Source of the DNA: an uncultured Methanoregulaceae archaeon
Lineage (GTDB): Archaea > Halobacteriota > Methanomicrobia > Methanomicrobiales > Methanospirillaceae
Direction: 5' to 3'
DNA: 64,000 nucleotides
Assembly (NCBI GenBank): GCA_963717525.1
Contig: OY970343.1
Span: 2,144,001-2,208,000, forward strand
Made by a program: the position numbers and the translations under genes. How positions within the stretch are numbered: position 1 is the stretch's first letter; every line of letters begins with the position of its first letter. Under the pieces are notes generated by a model. That model saw only the letters and a program-made list of their open reading frames with translations, did not search any database and was not told the DNA's origin. Positions 51,100 through 61,071 of the stretch are shown here, one piece after another.

Positions 51100-52313
51100 G
51101 CAGCAAAGCCCTCCTGCCATCCTTTCACGAACGCCCCGAGCCGGTCGCAGGGGATTGTTGCCCCTGCGCGGGTGTGATGACCCCCGCCGTTCCCGCCGCA
51201 TGCTGCGGCGAGGTCCCGGACGAGCAGCCCGAGATCGGCGGTGACACCCGTGGGAAGGCGTGCCGAGATCCGGCAGTCCTCCCCCGAGCGTGCGTACACG
51301 AGCACCGGTGCCTTGTGCACCCGGTCCCGGGCGAGTACGTCGGCGATGTCGCTCGCAAGCGTAGCATCCTCGCATTCGTAGACCGCGTTGCCTTCCTGTG
51401 CGGGGTGCACCGTTTTGATCGCACCGATCACCGCAAGGTGGTGCCGCCGGGTGGCCTCCCATGCCTGTTCGATCTCCGCGGATGAGCGAAGACAGAGCGC
51501 AACCGCTAGGTCGCCGTGGCCGGATTTGCCGCAGGCATCAATGACCGCGGTGAGCGCGTGGGCGTCCTCGATCACCTCACGCTGGAGGTGGACGGTGTCG
51601 CCGTAGAGCATGCCAAGGCCCTCCGCGGATGCCTGTGGCGCAGACGTGAGCACTGCAAGGCTCAGCAGGACGTCAGTTTTGAGGCCCGCCTCTCCCTGTG
51701 ACGCAGCGAGCAGGTCAGCGACAGCGGAATCGTCGCCACTGATCCTGTCGAGGTACGGGCGGGTGGCAAGCAGCCACTTCTCGGCCATGTCACGGCCGGC
51801 AAGGGTCATGCCCCGGTCCGGGACGATGATCCCGTTTGCCACGCCCTCGTTGAAGATCTCGAGATTTTTGCCGGCAAATTCCTGGCAATCGCCAATGATG
51901 CCGGGGATCACGAGGCCGGCAAGGTCGCGGTTGTCCCCCATCTCCTGGGCGACGATATAGGCCATGCCGGCAGCGGAGAGTTCCCGGTCACCATCGATCT
52001 TCTCAAGCCGGGGGTTCGCATGGAACTGCCCCGCAAAGAGCGGCAGGTGGTGGTCCACCACCATCGTTTCCGGGGGGAGGTCTTCCCTGCCAGACCCGAG
52101 ATCGCACAGGAGCGAGGCAGCGTCGCGGGAGAGACCGGCGGAGGTGATCTCCGCGCAGATCCGGAGCCGGAACCGTATGCCCGTCCGGAGCATCGCGTGG
52201 CAGAGGATGGCCCCTGCTGCGATGCCATCGGCGTCGTGGTGTGCGTACACCTCGACGTACTGCTGGCGGCGGATCTGGTCCGCGACGGTTTTTGCGGCTT
52301 CTTCAAGCGACAT
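51096..52313 (-). CDS. DHH/DHHA1 family phosphoesterase (RecJ-like)
   Basis: HHDADG, CDLG, VDHH, IIGD, SAR and GGGH. Confidence 0.9.
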   Translation of the reverse strand: MSLEEAAKTVADQIRRQQYVEVYAHHDADGIAAGAILCHAMLRTGIRFRLRICAEITSAGLSRDAASLLCDLGSGREDLPPETMVVDHHLPLFAGQFHANPRLEKIDGDRELSAAGMAYIVAQEMGDNRDLAGLVIPGIIGDCQEFAGKNLEIFNEGVANGIIVPDRGMTLAGRDMAEKWLLATRPYLDRISGDDSAVADLLAASQGEAGLKTDVLLSLAVLTSAPQASAEGLGMLYGDTVHLQREVIEDAHALTAVIDACGKSGHGDLAVALCLRSSAEIEQAWEATRRHHLAVIGAIKTVHPAQEGNAVYECEDATLASDIADVLARDRVHKAPVLVYARSGEDCRISARLPTGVTADLGLLVRDLAAACGGNGGGHHTRAGATIPCDRLGAFVKGWQEGFAA

Positions 52314-52339
52314 GGGCACCCTGGGACAACAAATCTGCC

Positions 52340-52798
52340 TTATCTGGACAACAGGATCTCAGCGTTCTCCGGCTTGTAGGTGAAGCCTGCAGGCAGCTTT
52401 TTCGTGCCGGTATAGTACTTCACGAGACGGCGGATCTTGGCCTCGACGAGGTGGAGCTGCCTCTTGTTGTGCAGGTCTTTTGCGTTCTCGCCCAGGTGCT
52501 TGCGTAGCCCGAGCGCCTTGACCATGAGGTCGCGGAGGTCCTCGGGGATCTCGGAGCTGACCTTGTTCTCTTTTAAGATGTCGCCGATACGCTTGCCGGT
52601 GACCATCTTGACATCGGGAACGCCGTAGCGGTCCCGCAGGATGAGGCCAATCATACTGCCCGATGTGCCTTCCTTGCGGAGATCGACGATAAGTTTCTCG
52701 ATCGCTGCCTTGTCCGTGTTGGACCAGGCAGGCGCTTCTTTGCGCGCTGGCCGCACTGAGCTTGATTTTCCTCTTCTTCTGGCGTGCATTCGTGCCAT
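52340..52798 (-). CDS. rps15: 30S ribosomal protein S15
   Basis: MARMHARRRGKSSS, IGLILRD, IPEDL and EAKIRRLVKYY. Confidence 0.97.
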   Translation of the reverse strand: MARMHARRRGKSSSVRPARKEAPAWSNTDKAAIEKLIVDLRKEGTSGSMIGLILRDRYGVPDVKMVTGKRIGDILKENKVSSEIPEDLRDLMVKALGLRKHLGENAKDLHNKRQLHLVEAKIRRLVKYYTGTKKLPAGFTYKPENAEILLSR

Positions 52799-52821
52799 AG
52801 TTATACCTCCGGTTACGGTTG

Positions 52822-52916
52822 TGTAAGTCCAGAAAAGTGCAGTATGCTTACTGACTCTCTGTAATCCCAAAGCCTAAGTTTTGAGGCCGTGCCAAAAACG
52901 GCACGTCGGACTTACA
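52822..52916 (-). ncRNA. Structured rps15 leader (probable S15-Methanomicrobia-type cis-regulatory RNA)
   Basis: 9-bp closing stem TGTAAGTCC/GGACTTACA enclosing hairpins (CGTGCC-GTTTTT-GGCACG and GCCT...AGGC), ending about 24 nt before the rps15 ATG. Confidence 0.7.
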
Positions 52917-53073
52917 TCTGTCAGCACCCTGTTAAAAAGTGCTGTCCTACTATTGACTCCTGCAAATATTAAGGGTATCTGTAACCGGGCCGCATTTATG
53001 GCCGTGTGCCCGGGATAACCTGACCCCTCATGCCCTATCTTTTTACCGTACGAAACAGAAACGGGATGGTACG

Positions 53074-53811
53074 ATGGACGAAATAAACCGGGAGGTGCCC
53101 GATGAGGGGATCGTCATCCGGTTCCGGGACTGTTTCTCTGTGCGATATCTCCAGTCCGCCGCCCTCTTCTGCCGGCTGGGGTTCGGGCTGGAGCAGGAAT
53201 ACGCTCGCACCGGCACACTTTCAGCGGAACAGTGTCTCCGGCATGAAGCATTCGTCCTCAACGCACTTTTCTCTACAGTTGCGTTCCTTGAGTCCACCAT
53301 AAACGAGCTCTGGTCCGATGCGGCCGACAACGCGTACTTCTTCTCTGATGAGACAACCGAGGCCCTGCTCCGGGCAGTCGGGGAGAAATGGAAGAACGAG
53401 AACTATTTTGACCGGACGCCGCTCCCGGCAAAATACCAGAAGATCCTCGAAATAGGCGAAAAACCGCTGTTTGCCGAAGATGACCCGGGCTTTTCCGGCA
53501 TAAAGGATCTGATCGGGATCCGCAACTACCTGATGCATTACCGGCGGGAATGGGTTGAGATCCGGGCTGGCGGGGCTGCCGGTGCCCATAGCGAGACGCA
53601 CGCGGAGAAATTCGAACAGCTGTTAAAAGACCGGTTTGCCGAGAACCCACTTGCGGGAAAAAACCTGCCCTTCTTCCCGGACCGGTGCCTCGGCCACGGA
53701 TGTGCCGAATGGGCAGTCACCACCAGCCTCTCGTTCACCGACCGGTTCTTCCGGGATCTCGGCCTTCCTGCACCCTACGAAGGGATCCGGGATGACCTCG
53801 CGACCCGGTGA
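53074..53811 (+). CDS. Hypothetical helical protein with HEPN-like RxxxxH motif
   Basis: AFLESTINE and IRNYLMHY (R-x4-H at 53521-53538). Confidence 0.7.
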   Translation: MDEINREVPDEGIVIRFRDCFSVRYLQSAALFCRLGFGLEQEYARTGTLSAEQCLRHEAFVLNALFSTVAFLESTINELWSDAADNAYFFSDETTEALLRAVGEKWKNENYFDRTPLPAKYQKILEIGEKPLFAEDDPGFSGIKDLIGIRNYLMHYRREWVEIRAGGAAGAHSETHAEKFEQLLKDRFAENPLAGKNLPFFPDRCLGHGCAEWAVTTSLSFTDRFFRDLGLPAPYEGIRDDLATR

Positions 53812-53961
53812 CTGCGGAATACTGGAGTACTGTCTGAAAAATTCAATGGTGAGAGTCCTGCCTCAGACCAGCTGTCAACCTTCCATCACGTAACGAAAAA
53901 ACGATGTGAAGACCGATCAAAAACAGTAAAAAAGTTTTCTGGCTGCCGAAAGGGGAATAAC

Positions 53962-54375
53962 TTACCGCTTCTTTGCTCTCTTCTTCTTTGGCACGTCTTT
54001 TGCCATGGACATGAGATCGATGATGTAACTGCCTTCTTCGTCGCCAACGCTCACGATCCGCTCGTCGCTCTTTGCCATCTTGTCGATATTGAGCTCGTAG
54101 GAGCCCGGCCCCACGATCCGGATCGTCTCGACACGGTCGAACATCTCGACCTCTTTTTTCGCCTTGCCCTTGATCTTGGGTTCGACAACTTCGAGGACTT
54201 CTTCTTTTGATTCGCCTGCGATCTCCTCGATCGTCTTCTCCTCAAACACGTCCTTGTTGATCTCGGACTCCTTAACGTAGAGGAACTTCTTGCCGCCGCA
54301 GCTTGCGCATCCCTTGAGGATCTCGGTAGACCCGTCCTTGTATTCCCTGCCGCATTTGGTGCACTTGTGTGGCAT
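53962..54375 (-). CDS. oapC: OapC/ArvC family zinc-ribbon protein
   Basis: MPHKCTKCG...ILKGCASCGGKKFLY, ETIRIVGPGSYELN and EGSYII. Confidence 0.85.
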   Translation of the reverse strand: MPHKCTKCGREYKDGSTEILKGCASCGGKKFLYVKESEINKDVFEEKTIEEIAGESKEEVLEVVEPKIKGKAKKEVEMFDRVETIRIVGPGSYELNIDKMAKSDERIVSVGDEEGSYIIDLMSMAKDVPKKKRAKKR

Positions 54376-54389
54376 GATTCCTCCGGCGC

Positions 54390-55043
54390 TCAGGAGAAGC
54401 TCTTGATCATCTTCTCGTACAGCTCTTCCGTATTTCTGCCCTCAAGCCCCGAGATCGCAACGACCGGGTGCTGGGGGAATGCGCTCCGGATCCGGGCCGG
54501 TGCAGCTTCGGGCAGATCGATCTTATTCGCGACGATGATCACCGGCAGCTTCCGGCTCTCGATGATCCCCACCATCATGATATTGACCTGCATAAACGGA
54601 TCGAGTGTCGCGTCCAGCATGTAGATCACGCCGTCGATATCCTCGCGGAGCCAATGCATCGCCTCGGCGACCCCCTCGGTTGCTTCCCGGGCCCGGATGA
54701 TCGCCTCGTCTTTTTCCATCCCGAATTCGAGGAACTCGTGGTAATCGATCTTTGTCGTTACCCCGGGGGTGTCGACGATATCTATCGTTACGGTATGTCC
54801 GTTTGCCCCCGTGATCACGATATCCTCACGCTTCCGTGCCCTCCGGGTCTCGTGCGGGATCTCGCTCACCGGCCCGACCGCGTCGCCTGTCCAGTCCCGG
54901 GCGATCCGGTTTGCCAAGGTCGTTTTACCGGCGTTTGGCGGCCCGTAGATCCCGATCCGCGTCCGCTTCTTCTTGAAAAACCGCCTGAGAAATATGGATA
55001 ATCGCTTCTTTGCGCTCCCCAATGTCCTGGAAAATGTCGTCAT
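54390..55043 (-). CDS. oapA: Era-like small GTPase OapA/ArvA
   Basis: IGIYGPPNAGKTTLANR, PHETR, DTPG, RAREATEG and NKID. Confidence 0.9.
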   Translation of the reverse strand: MTTFSRTLGSAKKRLSIFLRRFFKKKRTRIGIYGPPNAGKTTLANRIARDWTGDAVGPVSEIPHETRRARKREDIVITGANGHTVTIDIVDTPGVTTKIDYHEFLEFGMEKDEAIIRAREATEGVAEAMHWLREDIDGVIYMLDATLDPFMQVNIMMVGIIESRKLPVIIVANKIDLPEAAPARIRSAFPQHPVVAISGLEGRNTEELYEKMIKSFS

Positions 55044-55295
55044 AGGGCCCTCTTTTTGTCTGTACGGCAGGCCGGTATCCCGGTCTGTCGTCAACCGCTT
55101 GTAGTAATGTTTGGCAAGGATTCTTTATTATGTTTCTTGTAATGCCCGTCTGGTGTCTCCTGATTTTTCCCTCCGGAACTGCATTTACTATTACCCGGCC
55201 GCATGAGCGGATGCCACTGCCACATGCTATTTATAGAAGGGGCGGAAAGGATGCTAATTGTAATCATCAGCCAGGCACTTTTTAGGAGGTGACTC

Positions 55296-55862
55296 ATGAA
55301 AAAGACAACCAACACGATCCGGTTTGAGACCCGCGTCCCGTTGAGCGAGGTGATGAAACGCAACCCGATCATGATCAGCATCGAGGCCAATGTTGCAAAA
55401 GCGGCAAAGGCCATGTGCAGTGAAGAGGTCGGGAGCGTTATTATTCTCCGAAGGAACGAGCCTATCGGCATTGTTACCGAGGAGGACATCAACTGCAAGG
55501 TGGTGGCAAAGGATCTCAAGCCAAGTACAATCCAGGTGAGTGCAATCATGAGTACGCCACTCATTACGGTGAGTGCGGACAAGACGGTAGTCGACGCAGC
55601 CCAGATGATGGTCAAGCACAAGGTCAGAAGACTCCCCGTGGTCGACAAGAGCGGCAAGGTCATCGGTATTGTGACCGTACGGGATCTCCTGACCGTCTCA
55701 AACGAACAGAACGCGCTCCTGACCGATCTCATTGAGATCAACCGCGAGGACCATATCGAGGTAGGCATGTGCAACCGCTGCAGTAAGATGTCTGATGATC
55801 TTAAGCGTGTGGACGGCGTCCTTCTCTGCCCCCGCTGCAGGGAGGAGGACACCCTTACATGA
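55296..55862 (+). CDS. CBS-pair protein with C-terminal zinc ribbon
   Basis: Two CBS domains plus CNRC...CPRC. Confidence 0.9.
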   Translation: MKKTTNTIRFETRVPLSEVMKRNPIMISIEANVAKAAKAMCSEEVGSVIILRRNEPIGIVTEEDINCKVVAKDLKPSTIQVSAIMSTPLITVSADKTVVDAAQMMVKHKVRRLPVVDKSGKVIGIVTVRDLLTVSNEQNALLTDLIEINREDHIEVGMCNRCSKMSDDLKRVDGVLLCPRCREEDTLT

Positions 55863-56608
55863 AAACGGCACGGGATTTCATGCTTGAGATTCCTGTGCTC
55901 ACGTTTCATGACGGGATAACCAAGGCACGGCAGATCTTAAGAGACGACCGGTTCCGCGAAGCCTACGTCACCGGCGTAAAAAAAGACCTGCTCGGGTATA
56001 TCGATATCACCGATGCCCTGAGGGTGACCGCTACGAAATCGAACGTGACCGTTGAAGGATTTGTCAAGGAGGCCGCTTGCGTTGGCCCTGAGGCATCCAT
56101 TGAGAGCACTGCAAAGTTCATGCGGGAATTTGCCACGGACAGCGCTGCGATCATCGATCCCTGCCGCCATATCCTTGGCGGGGTGCTCCTCTCCGACCTG
56201 TTCCCGGTCATCATCTCGCGGAGCGAGCTTTCGGGGCGGGTGAGCTCCCGCATGTCAAAGAAGATCACCACCGCTGACCCCGCCGACTCGCTCCAGCAGG
56301 TCTACGCGAAGATTGTAGAGAGCGGGTACACGGCATTCCCGGTTATAAAAAAGCGGCGGCTGGTGGGCCTTATCTCCCGCAGGGACCTGATCCGGTCGGG
56401 GGGCGTGCGGTCGGCGATTGCCCAGAACAGCACAAAAAAGGTCGGGGATCTGATGACGACTGAGGTGGTGACGGTCCCGGGCAGTGCACTGCTGTCCGAG
56501 GCGGCCCGCCTTATGGTAGATAACGATGTAAGCCGGCTTCCCGTTGTCGACGGGGATGCCATGGTTGGGATCATCGATCGCCATGACGTCCTTACCGGGC
56601 TTATATAA
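55859..56608 (+). CDS. CBS domain protein (4 CBS)
   Basis: YTAFPV...GLISRRDL and SRLPVV...GIIDRHDV. Confidence 0.9.
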   Translation: MKTARDFMLEIPVLTFHDGITKARQILRDDRFREAYVTGVKKDLLGYIDITDALRVTATKSNVTVEGFVKEAACVGPEASIESTAKFMREFATDSAAIIDPCRHILGGVLLSDLFPVIISRSELSGRVSSRMSKKITTADPADSLQQVYAKIVESGYTAFPVIKKRRLVGLISRRDLIRSGGVRSAIAQNSTKKVGDLMTTEVVTVPGSALLSEAARLMVDNDVSRLPVVDGDAMVGIIDRHDVLTGLI

Positions 56609-56722
56609 CACGGGCCGGCGAAGAACAGGATATGATAGGCCGGCCGGGATGTAAAGCACCCCGTCCTCATGGAGAAATGACGGGTGCAGCACAGGCCAGC
56701 AGGCAGCAACAGGAGGTTATTC

Positions 56723-57664
56723 ATGCACCGGAACGGGCAGGGCGCCAGACAGGGTGACCGGCTCCTGAAAATGCGGGGAAAACTAGACCGTGGCCCGGTC
56801 GAGTTCAAATCCCATATCGTACAGCAGGAAGGCGAGGTGATGGCGATCGCGACACGGGATGTCATATCCGTGCCGCCGACGCAGAGCATCATCAGTGCAG
56901 TGGCGACAATGACGGAATGCGGGTTCCGCCGGCTACCGGTCACCGATGCCGGGACAAAGAAGCTCCGGGGGATTGTCACGTCGGGCGACGTGATCAATTT
57001 CATGGGCGGGGGCGACAAGTACCGGCTGGTCAGGGTCCGGCATAACGGCAACCTGTGTGCGGCGGTCAACGAGAGCGTCCGCACCATTATGACCGCACAG
57101 CCCCAGACCCTCCCGCACGATGCCCATATCATCGATGCGCTCCGGATCATCGTCGGCAAAAAGATCGGGGGGCTCCCGGTTATTGCAAACGATGGTACCC
57201 TTGCCGGTATCGTGACCGAGCGGGACGTGCTACGGATGCTTGCCACAGAGCACAGTCCGCTCTTTGTTGAGGATGCGATGAGCACCTCCCTTCGGGTGAC
57301 TGCCCCGGACAGCCCGATAGCTGCAGTCACCAAAGACATGACCCGGTTCCGGTTCCGCCGGCTTCCCGTCGTCAGCGACGACGTGCTCTTTGGCATCATC
57401 ACCGCGACCGATATCATGCGGTACCTGGGGAGCAGAGAGGTCTTCTCCCGTCTTGTGACCGGTGACATCGCAGAGGTCATGAACCTCCCGGTGCGCACGC
57501 TCATGGCCGGCAGCCTTTTCACCACTACCCCCCGGACGCCCGTCAACGAGGCAGCCCGGGAGATGCTTCACAAAAACATCGGGGCGCTGCCGGTCATCGA
57601 AAACTCGCGCCTTGTCGGGCTTGTGACGGAATTCGACCTCGTGCGGGCGTTCTCCGAGGAGTAA
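56723..57664 (+). CDS. CBS domain protein (4 CBS)
   Basis: FRRLPV, GGLPV, GIVTERD and GLVTEFD. Confidence 0.9.
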   Translation: MHRNGQGARQGDRLLKMRGKLDRGPVEFKSHIVQQEGEVMAIATRDVISVPPTQSIISAVATMTECGFRRLPVTDAGTKKLRGIVTSGDVINFMGGGDKYRLVRVRHNGNLCAAVNESVRTIMTAQPQTLPHDAHIIDALRIIVGKKIGGLPVIANDGTLAGIVTERDVLRMLATEHSPLFVEDAMSTSLRVTAPDSPIAAVTKDMTRFRFRRLPVVSDDVLFGIITATDIMRYLGSREVFSRLVTGDIAEVMNLPVRTLMAGSLFTTTPRTPVNEAAREMLHKNIGALPVIENSRLVGLVTEFDLVRAFSEE

Positions 57665-57669
57665 ATCCC

Positions 57670-58522
57670 ATGCCAGTCAGCTCCCTCGTCGCAGGTGATA
57701 TCATGAGCAGCCCGGTCTTTGCCGTCTCCCCCCAAGACACCCTGGCTCACGCCCGGAACCTGATGGTGCGCCATAAGATCTCCCGGGTCCTAGTCATGGA
57801 TGCGGGAACTCTTACCGGGATACTCACGAAAAAAGACATCGGGTACCGGCAGCAGCGGGGGGCAGCATGGCGAAGGCGCCCGGCCGACCAGATCACGGTG
57901 GCCGAATATGCGACGCCGCACCCGGTCTGCGTCGCGCCCGGGACGCTTGCAAAGGCTGTCGCCGGTATTTTCATGGAAAAAAACATCGGGGGTGTCCCGG
58001 TGGTGGACCACGGCACAGTCACGGGTATCGTTACAAAAAGTGATCTGATGAAGTCCGCCCTGAGTCACCGGCCTGGAAGGCACGGTGCAGGACGTGATGG
58101 AGGATGCAGAGACGGTCAACCGCTGGCACTCGCTTGCCCATGTAGTAGCGCTCATGAAGGAGCGGGACAAAAAACTGGTGGTGACCAACAACGATGGATC
58201 GGTCGCCGGCATCATCACGGAGACGAACCTTGCTTTCCATGATGAGGACCGGAGACGATCCGGGGGGATCCTTTATGAAGAACCCGGAAAAAGACATGAA
58301 CATACCGGCGCCGGGAGCGCACCGGACGCTCCCGGGAACATCCCGGTAACCGCGGGCGACATGATGACGAGCCCGGCAATAACGATCGCGCCGGTGAGCA
58401 CACTCCAACTTGCGATCGGACTGATGCACAGCGAACAGGTCAACAACCTTGTTGTCGTCGAACACAACACCCTTGTGGGGATTTTAAAACGTGATGATAT
58501 CATAAAGGAAGTGGCGAAATGA
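57670..58522 (+). CDS. CBS domain protein (4 CBS); apparent +1 indel at ~58064
   Basis: GILTKKD and GIVTKSD; removing one A restores LVTGLEGTVQDVM...GIITETN...GILKRDD. Confidence 0.85.
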
Positions 58523-59295
58523 CAAAAGAACTGTTTATTAAAGATATCATGGCAAAACCAACGACCATATCCAAATCCGCAAAGATAACCGAGGCGCTCG
58601 ACAAGATGCTTGACGAGGGAATAGACCCCCTCATCGCGCTCCATAATTCGTCTGTTGTCGGCACGGTATCCCGTGAGGCCATCGCGGAGAAGCTGGGCAG
58701 CAGGCAGAACACTACGCTTGCGCCGGCTGCCATCCACGTGGCAAGTGTGGTCAAGGAGGATTTCACGAGTGTCTATCCTGACGAGACCGTGAATGTACTC
58801 ATCCCCCTGCTCCAGCAGTATAAACTGGTGGTTGTGTACGACAGCGACCACAACCTGATCGGGCAGGTGACTGCCATTGACCTGTTGAAGAAGTACCCGT
58901 ACGAAGGCACCATCACCGAAGCGATCGACCGTGCGGTCACGATCGATGCCGAGGAGCGTGTCGTCCACCTCCGGCGACGGATGCTGGACGATGCGATCTC
59001 CCGGTTTGTCGTGACCGCAAACGACAAGATGACCGGTATCGTGACCGAGACCGACGTGGCGGTGGCGATGCGGAAGTTCCGGGAGACGGTAAAAGATCAT
59101 CACCAGGATCACCAGATCCGCAACCTGCTGGTTCGGGACATCATGAGCGCCCCGCTGATCTCGGTTGAGGCCGGGGCGGGCTACCGGCAGATTGTCGACC
59201 TGATGGTGGCAAAGAATATCAGCACGGTGCCGATCACCGAGAAGGGAAAACTCACCGGCCTCGTGACCCGGCGGTCACTGGTCCGTGCCCTCTGA
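58519..59295 (+). CDS. CBS domain protein (4 CBS)
   Basis: IKDIM, GIVTETD, VRDIM and GLVTRRSL. Confidence 0.9.
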   Translation: MTKELFIKDIMAKPTTISKSAKITEALDKMLDEGIDPLIALHNSSVVGTVSREAIAEKLGSRQNTTLAPAAIHVASVVKEDFTSVYPDETVNVLIPLLQQYKLVVVYDSDHNLIGQVTAIDLLKKYPYEGTITEAIDRAVTIDAEERVVHLRRRMLDDAISRFVVTANDKMTGIVTETDVAVAMRKFRETVKDHHQDHQIRNLLVRDIMSAPLISVEAGAGYRQIVDLMVAKNISTVPITEKGKLTGLVTRRSLVRAL

Positions 59296-59344
59296 CGGTC
59301 CGGCCTGACCCCCTCCTTTTCCCTCTTTTCAGTGAAGGGACCTG

Positions 59345-60128
59345 TCAGAAGATCCTTACATGAATAACCGGATCAGGTAGTACAGCCCGACCACCGTTCC
59401 GATGGCGACAATGGTCCACCGGAGCGGCCCGGGTCGATCCTGCCGGCCACATGCCCGCCGATCGCCCCCCCGATGAGCGCCCCTGCCGCCATAATGATCG
59501 CAAGAGGCCAGATAACGAGCCCGGAGAAGAGAAAGAAGACCGCGGCGGCGACATTGGTGGCAAGCGATATGCACTGCTTGAGCGCATTGAGCCGGGTGAG
59601 GGTGTCATCGAGGAAGAGCCCGAGCACGGCAAGGTTGATCACGGAGAGTCCCGGCCCGAAATATCCGCCGTAGACTGCGGCGAGGCCGACCGGAAGGGCC
59701 GCGTTCCGGCACCCCCTTCCCTCGGTACCGTCGTGCCCGGTATGCCGGCGGATCCAGTCCCGGACCCGGTCCTGGACTGCAAGCAGAGCGGCGGCAAGGA
59801 GGATCAGGAACGGGACGAGGATGTGGAAGACCTGTGCGCTGATATACAGGAGAAGAATGCCCCCGACGAGGCCACCGATGATCCCGGCCGGGATGAGCAT
59901 CAGCAGCCGCTTTCTTTGTCCTGCGAGATCTTTTTTCTGGGCCAGCGCACCGCCGAGATACCCCGGGCAGAGAGCGACCGTGTTGGTGATGTTTGCCACG
60001 ACCTCGGGAACACCGAGCGCCACGAGCGCCGGAAACGAGATCAGGGTGCCCCCGCCGGCAAGGGCGTTTACCATGCCTGCGGCAGCAGCTGCCAGTCCTG
60101 CAAGTGCAAGTTCGGTTCCGGACAACAT
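59345..60128 (-). CDS. TauE/SafE (TSUP) family permease; apparent indel at ~59425
   Basis: [26 protein letters not shown] and NALK; the C-terminal LRWTIVAIG...LF is in the shifted frame. Confidence 0.88.
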
Positions 60129-60169
60129 GCGTTTTTCCCGTATGATTGTACCTGTGAGGGCCGGTGGTA

Positions 60170-60736
60170 TTATCCCAGCGTCCCGATGAGTGCCTGTGCG
60201 TCCATGACACGGACGCCGATGTTTGCCATATCGCGGACGTTTGCCCGGTGGATCTCATCCGATTGTGCGCCGGTCGCATCATCCACGAGAATGACCGGGT
60301 AGTTGTACGCGATGGCATCAAAGACCGTGGTGCGGATGCAGTTGGGGGTCTGGACGCCGGTTATTACGAGCACGGTGATGCCGAGCGTGCGGAGCATGAG
60401 GTCAAGCTCGGTGCCAATAAATGCGCTCATCCGGGCCTTTTCGATAACGTACTCGCCCGGCAGCGGCCTGATTTCGTCGATCTCCTGAGCTCCTGCCGAA
60501 CCGGCAACGGCAAACGGGTGCCGGTTAAAAAGATCTTTTCGGGTAATCTCGACATCTGACCCATCGCTGCGGTGGACCCGCAGGACATGAAAGACCGGGT
60601 AGTTCTTCATCCTGAAGAACGCGAGCACGTCCCGGATCTTCGGGATGACGTTTTCTGCCTGGGCAACCCGGAGCATCGCCCCCTCACGGACAAAATCGTT
60701 CTGCATATCGATGATCAGCAGTGCGGGATGTTCCAT
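60170..60736 (-). CDS. Cysteine hydrolase (isochorismatase family)
   Basis: [27 protein letters not shown] and DDAT. Confidence 0.93.
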   Translation of the reverse strand: MEHPALLIIDMQNDFVREGAMLRVAQAENVIPKIRDVLAFFRMKNYPVFHVLRVHRSDGSDVEITRKDLFNRHPFAVAGSAGAQEIDEIRPLPGEYVIEKARMSAFIGTELDLMLRTLGITVLVITGVQTPNCIRTTVFDAIAYNYPVILVDDATGAQSDEIHRANVRDMANIGVRVMDAQALIGTLG

Positions 60737-60820
60737 GTATGATCATCTAAGACAATGGTGAGCAGGTAATAATGCTTGTGCGCTGGCCGGGGATCTGGCG
60801 AAGGGGCGGGAGACCACACA

Positions 60821-61071
60821 AAGTACACCGCCCGACCCCCTCCACTGCATAAATCCTGTTCCCGTTACCGGTTGAAGTAATTTATCGTCAGAAAAAATGC
60901 CGTTTTTCATGCCAGGGGCAGCAGGAATTCATGGAGGGTTGGAGGGGGTCGGACCACTTTTTTTGTCCGGGCGCCGGCATCAGGGACCGGAAAAAATGCG
61001 AAATAGCGACGTAAATAGTGGGATAGGGCATGGGACAGCTATCGCAGAAGTACACCATCCGACCCCCTCCA
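60821..61071. repeat. Dispersed inverted-repeat element, copy 2 plus an extra end
   Basis: AAGTACACCGCCCGACCCCCTCCA (60821), GGAGGGGGTCGGACCACTTTTTTT (60941-60964) and AAGTACACCATCCGACCCCCTCCA (61048-61071, exact reverse complement of 33113-33136). Confidence 0.8.

Noticed and set aside
60821..61071. Repeats as a mini-CRISPR array
   Set aside because: The copies alternate in orientation, spacing is about 85-95 bp and irregular, and no cas genes are present.
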